NCBI GenBank assembly: GCA_965223845.1
Contig: CBDCXR010000004.1
Location: 1,696,001-1,760,000 of the forward strand
Direction: 5' to 3'
DNA from: Planctomycetota bacterium
Lineage (GTDB): Bacteria > Planctomycetota > UBA8108 > SXIK01
Length of the DNA: 64,000 nucleotides
Part shown: positions 7,799-17,117 of the stretch, piece after piece
Layout: every line of letters begins with the position of its first letter
Position numbering within the stretch: the first letter of the stretch is position 1
Position numbers and translations under genes: made by a program
The notes under the pieces: generated by a model
Told to the model about the DNA's origin: nothing
The model's database searches: none
The model's input: the letters and a program-made list of their open reading frames with translations, nothing else

Positions 7799-10700
7799 AT
7801 GCGGAAATTGGTGATCCCCGGAATCGTCAGCACGATCGTCATCGCGCTCGCGATTCTCTTCATGATGCTCTCGGACCCGGGAGGGGGAGAGTTCACTCGG
7901 GAAGCGGATGATCCGGAAGTCGTCGTCGACGCCTCGGTCGAGGTCGACACGGTCTCTCCCGCCACCCGGGCCGATTTCGGTGCCGCCACGCCGAACTCGG
8001 ATCTTCCCGCGGACGAGATCGTCGCGAGCGACGCGACCCTCTCGGGAACGGTGACGGATGAGTTCGGCACCGGACTCGTCGGCTCGCGCGTGTTCCTGAT
8101 TCGCGGCTCCGAGTTCACGGCGCTCTTCCGCGGCGGCGACTTCTCGGCGATGATCCGTGATCGGCTGCGCCGACGAGTCCCGGTGCGGGAGACTACCGGC
8201 GGGATCGCCGTCGAGACCACGACGGACGCGAACGGCCGCTACTCGATTCCTCTCGCCCGGATCCCGCGCGGGAACTACGTCGTGTACGCGCGATTCGACG
8301 AGTTCGCGACGGACGGAAAAGAGTGGGAGTGGACGAACGAGTCGGCGACCGTCGACTTCGCTCTCGCGCCCGGAGGAGCGATCACCGGGATCGTCGTCGA
8401 CCCGCGGGGGAATCCCGTCGCCGGCGCGAGCGTCACCGCGACTCCGCAATCGCGCTCGCGCGAGTTCGGCTTCCGCGGGCGTCGTGGATCGCGAACACTC
8501 GGCGACCAGGTCTGGACGGACGAGCGCGGAGAGTTCTTGCTCAGCGTCGCCAGCGGCACGTACGACATCGAGGCCGAGGCCGCCGGCTTCACGAGCAACG
8601 AAATCGAGGACGTCGACATCGGTGTCGCCGACGTCGTGGTCGAGCTCCGGCCTGGTGCGACGCTGACGGGCGTCGTCCGTTCGGAAAGCGGCGGTCCGGT
8701 CGCCGGCGCCGAAGTGGCCCTCGTCATGGGAGGAGGCGGACGCGGTACGTTCGGTCGCGGAGGCCGGGGCGGTCGCGGGGGCCGGCGCGGTGACCGCGGG
8801 GACGGCGAGCCGTCGTCGAACCAGAACATTCGCGTCGCGGATGCGGCCGGATTCTGGCGCTGGGCCGCGTCGCCGCGTGCGACGGCGGTGACCGGGTCGG
8901 ACGGGCGCTTCGAGTTCGCGGGGATTCCCGCGGACGATTTCGCCCTCCTGGTCGAACGCCCCGGGTTCATTCCGGTGCAGGCGTCCGGGGACCTCGAGCC
9001 GGACGATGACGAAGCCGCGGACGCCGATCCGATCGAGCAGTCCGTTGAGATCTCGCTCCGACCCGGGGGAGTGATCTCCGGGATCGTACGCAGCGACTCG
9101 GGCGAGGCGATCGGCGGTGCACTCGTCGCCGTCGCGCAAAGCTCCGATCGGGATGACCGCCGAGCCCGCTTCGGCCGCGGTCCCTTTGGCGGCGGACGCG
9201 GGGGCGGGGAGTTTCGCGGTCGGCGCGGCGGGGATCGCGGCGACCGAGGCGATCGCCGCGACGAGGACGCGGAGGCAGGTGGGGGCGAGGAAGACGACGT
9301 CCGCCCACCGGAGCCGGTGTCCCTGTTCCGCGTACAGACCGCGGTCGAGACCGCGCCCGACGGCTCATTCGCTCTCGAACCGGTTGCCGCCGGAAGCTAT
9401 TCGCTCAGCGTTCAGTCCGACCGCCACCCCGTTTACCGCGTCGACGATGTCGTCGTCGAGCAGGACATCGAGCTCGAGGTCCAGCTCGAGCCGGGTAGCG
9501 AGGTGCGCGGACGCGTTCGCTCCAGTCGGGACGACAGCGCCGTCGCCGACGCTCAGATACGGTTCTCGATCACCGGCCGGAATCGTCGACTCGTCGAAGG
9601 CGACGCGGCGGGGAACTTCGTCGTCGACGGTGTCGCGTCCGCGGAGATCGAGGAGGTACGCATCGCCGCCGATGGCTACACGACGAAGTACGTCCGCGAT
9701 TTGGCGCTCGACGTGCGCGACGGAAAGGTCGAGGAGCTCGAGTTTGTGCTCGATCCGGCTGCGTCGCTCCGCGGTCGCGTCGTCGATACGGACGGACAAG
9801 GAGTCCGCAAGGCGATGGTCCGTCTCACCCCGCAGTTCGAAATCAGCGCGGAACGCGAGGACATCAGCCGCACGTTCCGCGAGACGTTCCGGCGGGCCGC
9901 GAGCACGAGAACCGATATCGACGGCCGCTTCGAATTCGACAATCTGAGCGGCGATCAGACGTACGTCGCGGCGGTCGAGCACGTCGATTTCCGGCCGGCG
10001 AGCAGCGATTCGATCGACGTCGCTGCGGGAGATGAGCTCGAGGACATCGAGCTCGTCGTTCGCCGCGGTGCGACCGCGATCGTCGCCGTGCGCGGGAGCG
10101 GCAACGAGCCGGTCCCGGGCGCGCGCGTCCGTCTCGAGCGCTACGAGGCGCCCGAGCGCGAAACTCGCGCCGGTGGCGGCGATCGTGGGGACGACGAGCG
10201 TCGGGCGGAGCGGCGGCGCGAAGAGATTCAGCGGTTCATCCAGAACATGTCCCGCGGGGGTGAGGTCGGCCGGCGACGCTCGCGCGATGCGGGGCCGGAC
10301 GGGAACGCCGTGTTCAGCGGTCTCGAGGGCGGGCTCTTCCGCGTTCACGTCGAGGCCCGCGAGTTTCAGCCCTTCTACGCGCAGGTGACGCTCGTCGAGG
10401 ACGACTCGACGAACGTCGTCGCGAGCCTCCTCAGCGAGAACTTCATCGCCGGACGGATCGTCGACGGACTCGGCGCGCCGGTTTCGAGCGCGCGGATCAC
10501 GGCGACGCGCGAGACCCCGGATCCCGCGTCGATCGTGAGTGAAGAGGACGCGGAGAGCGAGTTTCGCCGCCAGCTCCGCCGCGGACGCGAGTCCGAGGAG
10601 GGGCGCTCGGGTCCGGACGGGACGTTCCGGATCGGGCAGCTCGGCGACAGCACGTACGCCCTCTCGATTCGCGCGGAGGGATTCAGCTCGACGAGGCTCG

Positions 10701-11776
10701 AGGGCGTCGAGGTCAATCGTCGACGTGACTTCGTGCTCGCGCGACTCGGCGGCGTCGCCGGGTATGTCGCCACCGCCGAGACCGGAGCTCCGATCGCCTC
10801 GTATCGCGCGCGGCTCCAGTCCGCCTCGGGTCGTTCGTCCCGGACGGTGCGCGGCGAGCGCGGCGGATTTGAACGGGGGCGCTTCAGCCGGGGAGATCGC
10901 GGTGATCCGCGTCGCTGGCGACGCTTCGAAGATCCGGCCGGGGCGTTTCGATTCGACGACGTCCCGCCGGGCGAGTATCGACTCGAGGTCCTCGCCGACG
11001 GCCACGCTGGGGCGTCGGTTTCGGTGACCGTCTACGAGGGACGCGTGACGGACGACGTCAGCGTCGCGCTCGAGGAAGGCTTGTCGATTTCCGGCACCGT
11101 GGTCGACCGCCGGTCCGGAGCGCCGCTCGCGGGCGCGAGGATCCTGGTCTTTCCCGTGCGGGAGGAGAGCTCGCCCGACGGCGACAGTCGCGCGGAGAGC
11201 CGTACGCGCCGGGAGAGCACGTCGCCGACCGCGGGGCGGCGAGCCGATCGCGAGCTGCGCGGCACGCGACGAGAAGGGCGAACCGGGCGCCGCGATGGCG
11301 GGGGATCGAGCCGAGAGCTTCTCAGTCGCTCGGCGGTTGCGCTCCTCGCTCGTTCGGCAAGCCGCGCCGCGGACGAACAGCGGAGCGATGACGACGGCTG
11401 GTTCAAGGTGCCGGAGGTCACGCCGGGAGCCTACCGCGTCGTCTTCGAGCAGGACGGCTACGTGCCGTACCTCCTCGAGCTCGATGTCGACGACACGACC
11501 GTCGTCTCGAATCTCCGCGTCGACCTCGATCCGGGCGAAACCCTCAGCGGTGTCGTCGAGCTCGATGGGGCCGCCGGCGTCACAGTTGCCGTCGAGTCGT
11601 CCGAGGGATACGTCCGCCGCGCGATCGCCGACCGGAGAGGGCGGTACCGGATCCAGGGCTTACTTCCCGGCAGCTACCGCGTATCGCTCGAGGCGGCGAA
11701 CCAGACCGTCGGCCCGGCACGCGACGTCGACGTGAAGGAAGGCGCAACCACCTTTCATTATCGGCAAGAGGAGTGA
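7799..11776 (+). CDS. Membrane-anchored carboxypeptidase-regulatory-like (Cna-B/transthyretin-like) repeat protein, 1325 aa
   Basis: N-terminal TM helix; about 10 repeats of G.I.G.V.D..G.PVAGA.V...TD..G.F....PG.Y.L; Arg/Gly-rich loop inserts. Confidence 0.85.
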   Translation: MRKLVIPGIVSTIVIALAILFMMLSDPGGGEFTREADDPEVVVDASVEVDTVSPATRADFGAATPNSDLPADEIVASDATLSGTVTDEFGTGLVGSRVFLIRGSEFTALFRGGDFSAMIRDRLRRRVPVRETTGGIAVETTTDANGRYSIPLARIPRGNYVVYARFDEFATDGKEWEWTNESATVDFALAPGGAITGIVVDPRGNPVAGASVTATPQSRSREFGFRGRRGSRTLGDQVWTDERGEFLLSVASGTYDIEAEAAGFTSNEIEDVDIGVADVVVELRPGATLTGVVRSESGGPVAGAEVALVMGGGGRGTFGRGGRGGRGGRRGDRGDGEPSSNQNIRVADAAGFWRWAASPRATAVTGSDGRFEFAGIPADDFALLVERPGFIPVQASGDLEPDDDEAADADPIEQSVEISLRPGGVISGIVRSDSGEAIGGALVAVAQSSDRDDRRARFGRGPFGGGRGGGEFRGRRGGDRGDRGDRRDEDAEAGGGEEDDVRPPEPVSLFRVQTAVETAPDGSFALEPVAAGSYSLSVQSDRHPVYRVDDVVVEQDIELEVQLEPGSEVRGRVRSSRDDSAVADAQIRFSITGRNRRLVEGDAAGNFVVDGVASAEIEEVRIAADGYTTKYVRDLALDVRDGKVEELEFVLDPAASLRGRVVDTDGQGVRKAMVRLTPQFEISAEREDISRTFRETFRRAASTRTDIDGRFEFDNLSGDQTYVAAVEHVDFRPASSDSIDVAAGDELEDIELVVRRGATAIVAVRGSGNEPVPGARVRLERYEAPERETRAGGGDRGDDERRAERRREEIQRFIQNMSRGGEVGRRRSRDAGPDGNAVFSGLEGGLFRVHVEAREFQPFYAQVTLVEDDSTNVVASLLSENFIAGRIVDGLGAPVSSARITATRETPDPASIVSEEDAESEFRRQLRRGRESEEGRSGPDGTFRIGQLGDSTYALSIRAEGFSSTRLEGVEVNRRRDFVLARLGGVAGYVATAETGAPIASYRARLQSASGRSSRTVRGERGGFERGRFSRGDRGDPRRWRRFEDPAGAFRFDDVPPGEYRLEVLADGHAGASVSVTVYEGRVTDDVSVALEEGLSISGTVVDRRSGAPLAGARILVFPVREESSPDGDSRAESRTRRESTSPTAGRRADRELRGTRREGRTGRRDGGGSSRELLSRSAVALLARSASRAADEQRSDDDGWFKVPEVTPGAYRVVFEQDGYVPYLLELDVDDTTVVSNLRVDLDPGETLSGVVELDGAAGVTVAVESSEGYVRRAIADRRGRYRIQGLLPGSYRVSLEAANQTVGPARDVDVKEGATTFHYRQEE

Positions 11777-11972
11777 GGCGGGTGATTCGTTCGACCGCCG
11801 CGCTCGCCTCCGCTGGTCGGGTGTGGTTCGGGGAGGCGGCGTGGGTTTTTCCGTGCGCTCTTCCCCACCCGCGGCGAAAATGAACCGGTGATCGGGGCCG
11901 GCGACGGGCCGCGGCAATTCGTGGTCGCCGCCCCGGATACGAAGTGCCGCATACGAGTGTCAGTGAGGGACA

Positions 11973-12653
11973 ATGAGAGCGATTCGGTCCGGTCTCGGCG
12001 TGCAGAGTGACGCGGCGAAGAGCGTGGAGGCGGTAAACGCGCCGGCTCGATCTTCGGCGGAGAACGTTGCCGACCCGGAGCTCATCGAGCGCATCCTCGG
12101 CGGAGATGCCGAGGCCTTCCGCACGCTCATCGAGCGGCACCACCCGAAGGTCTTCCGCCTGGTTCAGGGGATCCTTCAGGACTGGCACTACGCCGAGGAT
12201 GTCTGCCAGGACATCTACACGACGGTGCACCGGAAGCTCCCCGGCTTTCGCAACCAGTCGCTCTTCTCGACGTGGCTCTACCGGGTCGCCGTCAACGCCG
12301 CGATCAAGGGGCGACGTCGCTGGCGGCGCTACAATCCGCGCCCGCTCGAGATCGTAGGGGACGTTGCGGACCGCCCGGCCGACGATCCGGATTTCGAAGG
12401 TCGCGAGGTCTTCACGCAGCTCCTTCGACCGCTTCCTGAGAAGCTACGCGTCGTCGTCGTCCTCCGCGAGATGAATGGTCTCAGCTACGACGAGATCGCT
12501 TCCGTGCTCCACTGTTCCCGCGGAGCTGTCGAGCAGCGGCTTCACCGCGCGATGACGCGGCTGCGCTCCGTCTGGACGGATGCGCGCCCGGTGCTCTTTG
12601 AAGGAGCTCGGCCCGGTTCCCAGCTCCGCGAGTTGAAGAGGGCCGTGCGATGA
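11973..12653 (+). CDS. ECF RNA polymerase sigma-70 factor
   Basis: GDAEAFRTLIERH, AEDVCQD, FSTWLYRVAVN (region 2); LREMNGLSYDEIASVLHCSRGAVEQRLHRA (region 4). Confidence 0.92.
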   Translation: MRAIRSGLGVQSDAAKSVEAVNAPARSSAENVADPELIERILGGDAEAFRTLIERHHPKVFRLVQGILQDWHYAEDVCQDIYTTVHRKLPGFRNQSLFSTWLYRVAVNAAIKGRRRWRRYNPRPLEIVGDVADRPADDPDFEGREVFTQLLRPLPEKLRVVVVLREMNGLSYDEIASVLHCSRGAVEQRLHRAMTRLRSVWTDARPVLFEGARPGSQLRELKRAVR

Positions 12654-13129
12654 GTCGCCGCGATCGCACCACCGCTCGTCGCGTGAAGAGCTGGCTCGAC
12701 AGCGAGCTCGGGCCGCGGTCTTCGCGCGAGGTTTCCGGTCTCGTCCGGCGATCCGTCCGGGCGCGTTCGCTCTGCGATGACTACCGGCGAATCAGCCGTG
12801 CGATTCGTGAGGCCGGCGAGCGATTGCCGCTCCCGCGTCCTCGGTGCGCGGACGCGATTCTCCGGTCGCGTCGGGAACGAAAGAGCGGCGAACGCCAATT
12901 GATCCGCTCGCTTCAGCGCACCGCGCTCGCCGCGGGCCTCGTCCTCGCGTCGACGCTCGCGGTCCTCGCGAGCTCAGCTCCGAGCTCAGCTCCGGATCAC
13001 GTGAGCCGATCGACTCCGCCGCGGGTGACGTCGCTCGAGCCTGCACCCGATTCATCTCCCGCACGAAGCCTCGATCTCGACCAAGCGCTCGCGTGGTCGA
13101 TCGCGACGCCCACGTGGGTGGAGTACTGA
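12650..13129 (+). CDS. Putative anti-sigma factor (single TM)
   Basis: ATGA overlap with the sigma stop; degenerate ZAS-like N-terminus (SWLDSELG); one hydrophobic helix. Confidence 0.6.
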   Translation: MSRRDRTTARRVKSWLDSELGPRSSREVSGLVRRSVRARSLCDDYRRISRAIREAGERLPLPRPRCADAILRSRRERKSGERQLIRSLQRTALAAGLVLASTLAVLASSAPSSAPDHVSRSTPPRVTSLEPAPDSSPARSLDLDQALAWSIATPTWVEY

Positions 13130-13131
13130 GA

Positions 13132-13950
13132 ATGAAGCTCTGGATCACGCTGTGTACGCTTCTCGTCTTCGCCGCCGGTTCCGCCGTGGGTTACCTCGCC
13201 GGTGATCGGATCCGGTCGGGTCACGCGGTGTCCTTACCGAGCCCGCCCGCCGAAACCGACGAGCTCGGCGCGATCGTGGATCCAGACCCCGATTACCCGC
13301 TCTATCTCGTGACGAGCGAGTCGGTGTACGACGAGCTCGCGCTCTCGCCGGATCAACGCGAGCGCCTCGAGAACCTGCTTGCGATTCATTTCGACCGCCT
13401 GCGCGACGTCCGTGCAGAGCTCACCTCGCTGTCCGCGGAGCTCCGTTGCGGCGTGCTCGACGTTCTGAGCGAGGAGCAGGCGCAGCGGTTCCAGGCGGTT
13501 CGCTCGCGCTTCTCGGAGAGCCGCGTCCAGTCGTGGGTCGACCGCGAGATCGCGAAGCTTCGCCGCGAGCTTCACCTCGTTCCGGAGCAGGTCGCCGGAG
13601 CCTACGGCGTTCTCTTCGAATGGGGGCTCGAGCGGAAGGATCTCTTCGGGCGGAAGCGCGCGGGCACGGCGCGAACCGGTGTGCTCGAGGAGCTCGAGGG
13701 ACTCCGCCGGCGCCGCGACGAACGACTCCAGGCGATCCTGTCGCCGGAACAGTTCTCGAGTTACGTCGAGATCCAAGCGCGCGAACGACGCTGCCGGGAA
13801 GGGAACGAGAGCGCGGGAAGCTCCGGCCAGAAGGCGGCGTGCCCGGACACGAAGAAGGCGAAGGCCGCGGAGACGCCGGCGTGCCGATCGACCGACTCCG
13901 TTCGGTGCCGGGATGCACGGGGACGTTCGCGCATCACCGGGGAAGCCTGA
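13132..13950 (+). CDS. Periplasmic Spy/CpxP-like (LTxxQ-type) helical protein
   Basis: MKLWITLCTLLVFAAG membrane anchor; four L(S/V)xxQ motifs (LSPDQ, LSEEQ, LVPEQ, LSPEQ); third gene of the ECF cassette. Confidence 0.65.
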   Translation: MKLWITLCTLLVFAAGSAVGYLAGDRIRSGHAVSLPSPPAETDELGAIVDPDPDYPLYLVTSESVYDELALSPDQRERLENLLAIHFDRLRDVRAELTSLSAELRCGVLDVLSEEQAQRFQAVRSRFSESRVQSWVDREIAKLRRELHLVPEQVAGAYGVLFEWGLERKDLFGRKRAGTARTGVLEELEGLRRRRDERLQAILSPEQFSSYVEIQARERRCREGNESAGSSGQKAACPDTKKAKAAETPACRSTDSVRCRDARGRSRITGEA

Positions 13951-14093
13951 GAACGCCACGGAATGGCGCCGGTAGGCGCATTGCGCCGCTCTCGACCGGT
14001 TCCGACCGGACGACCCGATAACCGCGCCGCTCCCAGTCTCGACCGAGACGACACGAAGAAGAGGTATCGCTCTCCGTTCGAGGTGATCCTCTC

Positions 14094-17054
14094 GTGTTCG
14101 ACTGTCGCTTGCTCGTCTCGATCTTCCGCGCCCTTTCTGTGTCGGCCGCCCGGTCGCCTCATTCGCGGCGCGGGCGACTCCCCGACGCCGTCTCGTCCCT
14201 CGCTCTCGGCGTACTGCTAGCCTTCGAGTGCTCTCTCGCCGCGCAATCGTCGAGCGCTGCTTCCCCGCTGCGGGTCGAGTTTCGACCGGGCCCGGCCACG
14301 GTCGAGCAGTGGGAGACCGTCGACATCGCGATCGACGTGAGCGGGGTCGAATTCGACAACCCGTTTACCGAGGTCGAAGTGACGGGTTCGTTCGGGCTGG
14401 TCGAACCATCGTCGGCCGCGGGCGAGCAGACGAAAGACGAGCCGGAGGAATCGTCGGCCCCCGCGGCGCCGGAGTGGGCGCCGGAGATCGGAGAACCGAT
14501 CGACGTCACGGGCTTCTGCGACTCGCCGGACGGGAGCGTCTATCGCATTCGATTCCTTCCGGGAGAGGCCGGAGAGTACGAATACCGCGTTCTCCTCCGG
14601 CACCGCGACGTCACGCGCAGGGCGCACGGCGCCTTCCGCGTGACCGAATCCACCCGAAGCGGGCCCGTCCGCGTCGATCCCGAACACCCCGAGCACTTCA
14701 AGCTCGAAGGCACGGACGAGCACTTCTTCTGGACCGGAGCGACGGCGCTCTTTCTCGCGGGGTGGGACGACCCCGACGTCGCGGCGATCCTCGATCGCTT
14801 CGATGCTCAGGGCGTGAACCGAGTCCGCGTTCTCCTTTCCGGCTGCGTCGGACCGCGCCCCTGGGGTACTCCGGTGGTTCCCACGGATAGCTTCTCGCTT
14901 TGCCTGCAGCCGTGGCCGCGCGCGGGGGGATCGGGAGGCTTCGACCTCGAGCGTTTTCGAGTCGAATACTGGCAGCGATTCGATCGACTCGTTCGCGCCG
15001 CACGCGAGCGCGGCATCGTCGTCGCCGTGGTGTTCTTTCTCGGGGGGCCCGGGGCGGAGATTCCGGTCGCGGCGGGCACCGCGGAGGAGCGGCGTTTCCT
15101 CCGCTATGCCGTGAGTCGCCTCGCCGCGTTTCCGAACGTCATGTGGGATCTAGGACACGAGCACGACTTATCCCGTGAGTCTCCCGATTGGCCGGAGATC
15201 ACGGGGTACACCGTCAAGGCGGCGGACCCGTACGACCACCTGATCGGCGCGCACAACCGCGCCTACCGCGGCGACGACTCGATGTGGCTCGACATGCAGC
15301 TCCTCCAGTGGTGGGGAGCGGAGCCATACCGCGAATGCCGCCGCGAGCGAGAGGAGCAGGCGCAGACCGGACGACTCGTGCCCACGGTTCTCGACAGCTT
15401 TGGCATCGAGGACGCGTGGGAGCGAGTCGCCGGTGAGCGCTCCGCGGACGTCCTCCGCCGGCGCGCGTGGGAGATCTACATGGCTGGAGCCTACGCGACG
15501 TTCGCCGAATCCGCCCGGCAGGGGACCGGAGTCCCGCCCGACACCGGCGGGGGCTGGGTGAACGGTCGCGGAGACGACAACATGCGACTGCTCGAGGGAA
15601 TCGCTCCCATACGCGAGTTCTTTGCCAAGTTCGAGTGGTGGCGGGCGGAAGCGAGCCCGCACCTTCTAGAGGGCGAGGGCTTCTGCCTCGCGCGTAGTGG
15701 CGAGTTCTACGCGGTCTACTCGCCGCGTGGCGCGTCCGCGCGCCTTCGCCTCGAGGGAGAGGACTACCGTGCGCTCCGCTGGAACCCGCGCGCGGGCGAG
15801 TGGTCGGAGCTCGGGGCGGCGAACGGGCCGGTGTGGACGATCCCGGCCCATCCCGATCAGGGCGACTGGGCGGTGCTCGTGCTCCGGCGTCACCTCCTGC
15901 CGGACCGGTGCCCACCCGAAGTCGTGAGCGCGGCCGCCAACGCCGAGCGGACGCGGGTCGATGTCGTATTCTCCGAGCCGGTGAACCCGATCGAGTCGAC
16001 CCTTCCGGCACAGTATCAGTTCGCGCCGCACCTCGAGGTGAACGACGTGCAGATCTCAGCCGACGGGCTCGTCGCCTCGCTCGAAGTCGCGGACATTCCG
16101 GCCGGACGCTACTCCCTCCGAACCGCGCGCATCGCTGATCGAGCGCGCCCGCCAAACGCGAGAGGGGCGCGCTCGATCGGCCATGTGCCGATCGAGCTAG
16201 AGGTGGCGGAAGTCCCGAGCCCTAGCGTCTATTTCGACCTCGAGGAGGGAGTCGGCTCGAGATCGCTCGCCGCGGCGTTCGGTTCTCGCATCGACGCCTT
16301 CCTCACGCCCGACTATCCCCGCTGGAGCGCGAACGTTCCGCACCGATTGATCGGCTCGTTCGCCCTCGACTTCGGCGCGGTCCGCGGCCCGCACGGCGTC
16401 CATACGGTCGCGACGGGGCTCGATTCGGGCGTCCCTCTCAACTCGTTCGCGGTGACGGGCTGGATCAACCTGCGCGGACTTCCCCGGGTGGGCGGCGCCT
16501 GTATCGTGTCGACAGCGAGCGAGGCGATCGGCGGGCTTACCGTCGAGGCCACATCCGGCGGTGGTGTGCGATTGCGTACCGGACGACTCGACGGACTCGC
16601 GCTTCTCGGCATGAATCACGACCTTCTCCCTGTCGATCCCGACGCGAGACGCGAGAACTGGCGCTTCTTCGCGGTGACGGTGCGAGCCGGGACGGAAGGG
16701 CGGGCGAAGCTCTTTGTCGGATCGGCCGGATCACCCGCCGTCCTCGTCGAAGAGTCGGCGGGAGTGTTTCAGCCTGTGCGGCTCGGGTCCGACCCGGTGA
16801 TCAGCCTCGGCCATCTTCGACCGGAGCTGAGAACGCCGAGTCGGCGCGCGTGGGCGCTCCTCGGAATGCTCGACGACGTTCGTGTGTACCTGAGCCGCGA
16901 TGGCTCCGCGTTTCTCGGCGAGACGCAAATCCGCGCGGTCCAGCGCGTCGGGCGAGGGACAGGTCGCCGGCCGGCGGTCGTCGAGTGCGCCGCGGCAATC
17001 GAGGTTCGGGCGGAGGCCGCGGATCAACAGAAACGCCCCGACGGACCGCGTTGA
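14094..17054 (+). CDS. Secreted DUF5060 / DUF4038 (apiosidase-like GH) / collagen-binding-like / Ig-like / LamG multidomain protein
   Basis: VEQWETVDI...FDNPF...GFCD..DGSVYRIRFLP (DUF5060); YWQRFDRLV...YAVSRLAAFPNVMWDL (DUF4038); WNPRAGEW...DWAVL; VVFSEPV; LDDVRVY. Start uncertain. Confidence 0.75.
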   Translation: MFDCRLLVSIFRALSVSAARSPHSRRGRLPDAVSSLALGVLLAFECSLAAQSSSAASPLRVEFRPGPATVEQWETVDIAIDVSGVEFDNPFTEVEVTGSFGLVEPSSAAGEQTKDEPEESSAPAAPEWAPEIGEPIDVTGFCDSPDGSVYRIRFLPGEAGEYEYRVLLRHRDVTRRAHGAFRVTESTRSGPVRVDPEHPEHFKLEGTDEHFFWTGATALFLAGWDDPDVAAILDRFDAQGVNRVRVLLSGCVGPRPWGTPVVPTDSFSLCLQPWPRAGGSGGFDLERFRVEYWQRFDRLVRAARERGIVVAVVFFLGGPGAEIPVAAGTAEERRFLRYAVSRLAAFPNVMWDLGHEHDLSRESPDWPEITGYTVKAADPYDHLIGAHNRAYRGDDSMWLDMQLLQWWGAEPYRECRREREEQAQTGRLVPTVLDSFGIEDAWERVAGERSADVLRRRAWEIYMAGAYATFAESARQGTGVPPDTGGGWVNGRGDDNMRLLEGIAPIREFFAKFEWWRAEASPHLLEGEGFCLARSGEFYAVYSPRGASARLRLEGEDYRALRWNPRAGEWSELGAANGPVWTIPAHPDQGDWAVLVLRRHLLPDRCPPEVVSAAANAERTRVDVVFSEPVNPIESTLPAQYQFAPHLEVNDVQISADGLVASLEVADIPAGRYSLRTARIADRARPPNARGARSIGHVPIELEVAEVPSPSVYFDLEEGVGSRSLAAAFGSRIDAFLTPDYPRWSANVPHRLIGSFALDFGAVRGPHGVHTVATGLDSGVPLNSFAVTGWINLRGLPRVGGACIVSTASEAIGGLTVEATSGGGVRLRTGRLDGLALLGMNHDLLPVDPDARRENWRFFAVTVRAGTEGRAKLFVGSAGSPAVLVEESAGVFQPVRLGSDPVISLGHLRPELRTPSRRAWALLGMLDDVRVYLSRDGSAFLGETQIRAVQRVGRGTGRRPAVVECAAAIEVRAEAADQQKRPDGPR

Positions 17055-17117
17055 TCCGCCGGGGCGTCGCTCGGACACGGCGCGAAGCCGCGTCCGCTTG
17101 ATCGAGGGGAACCGGGG

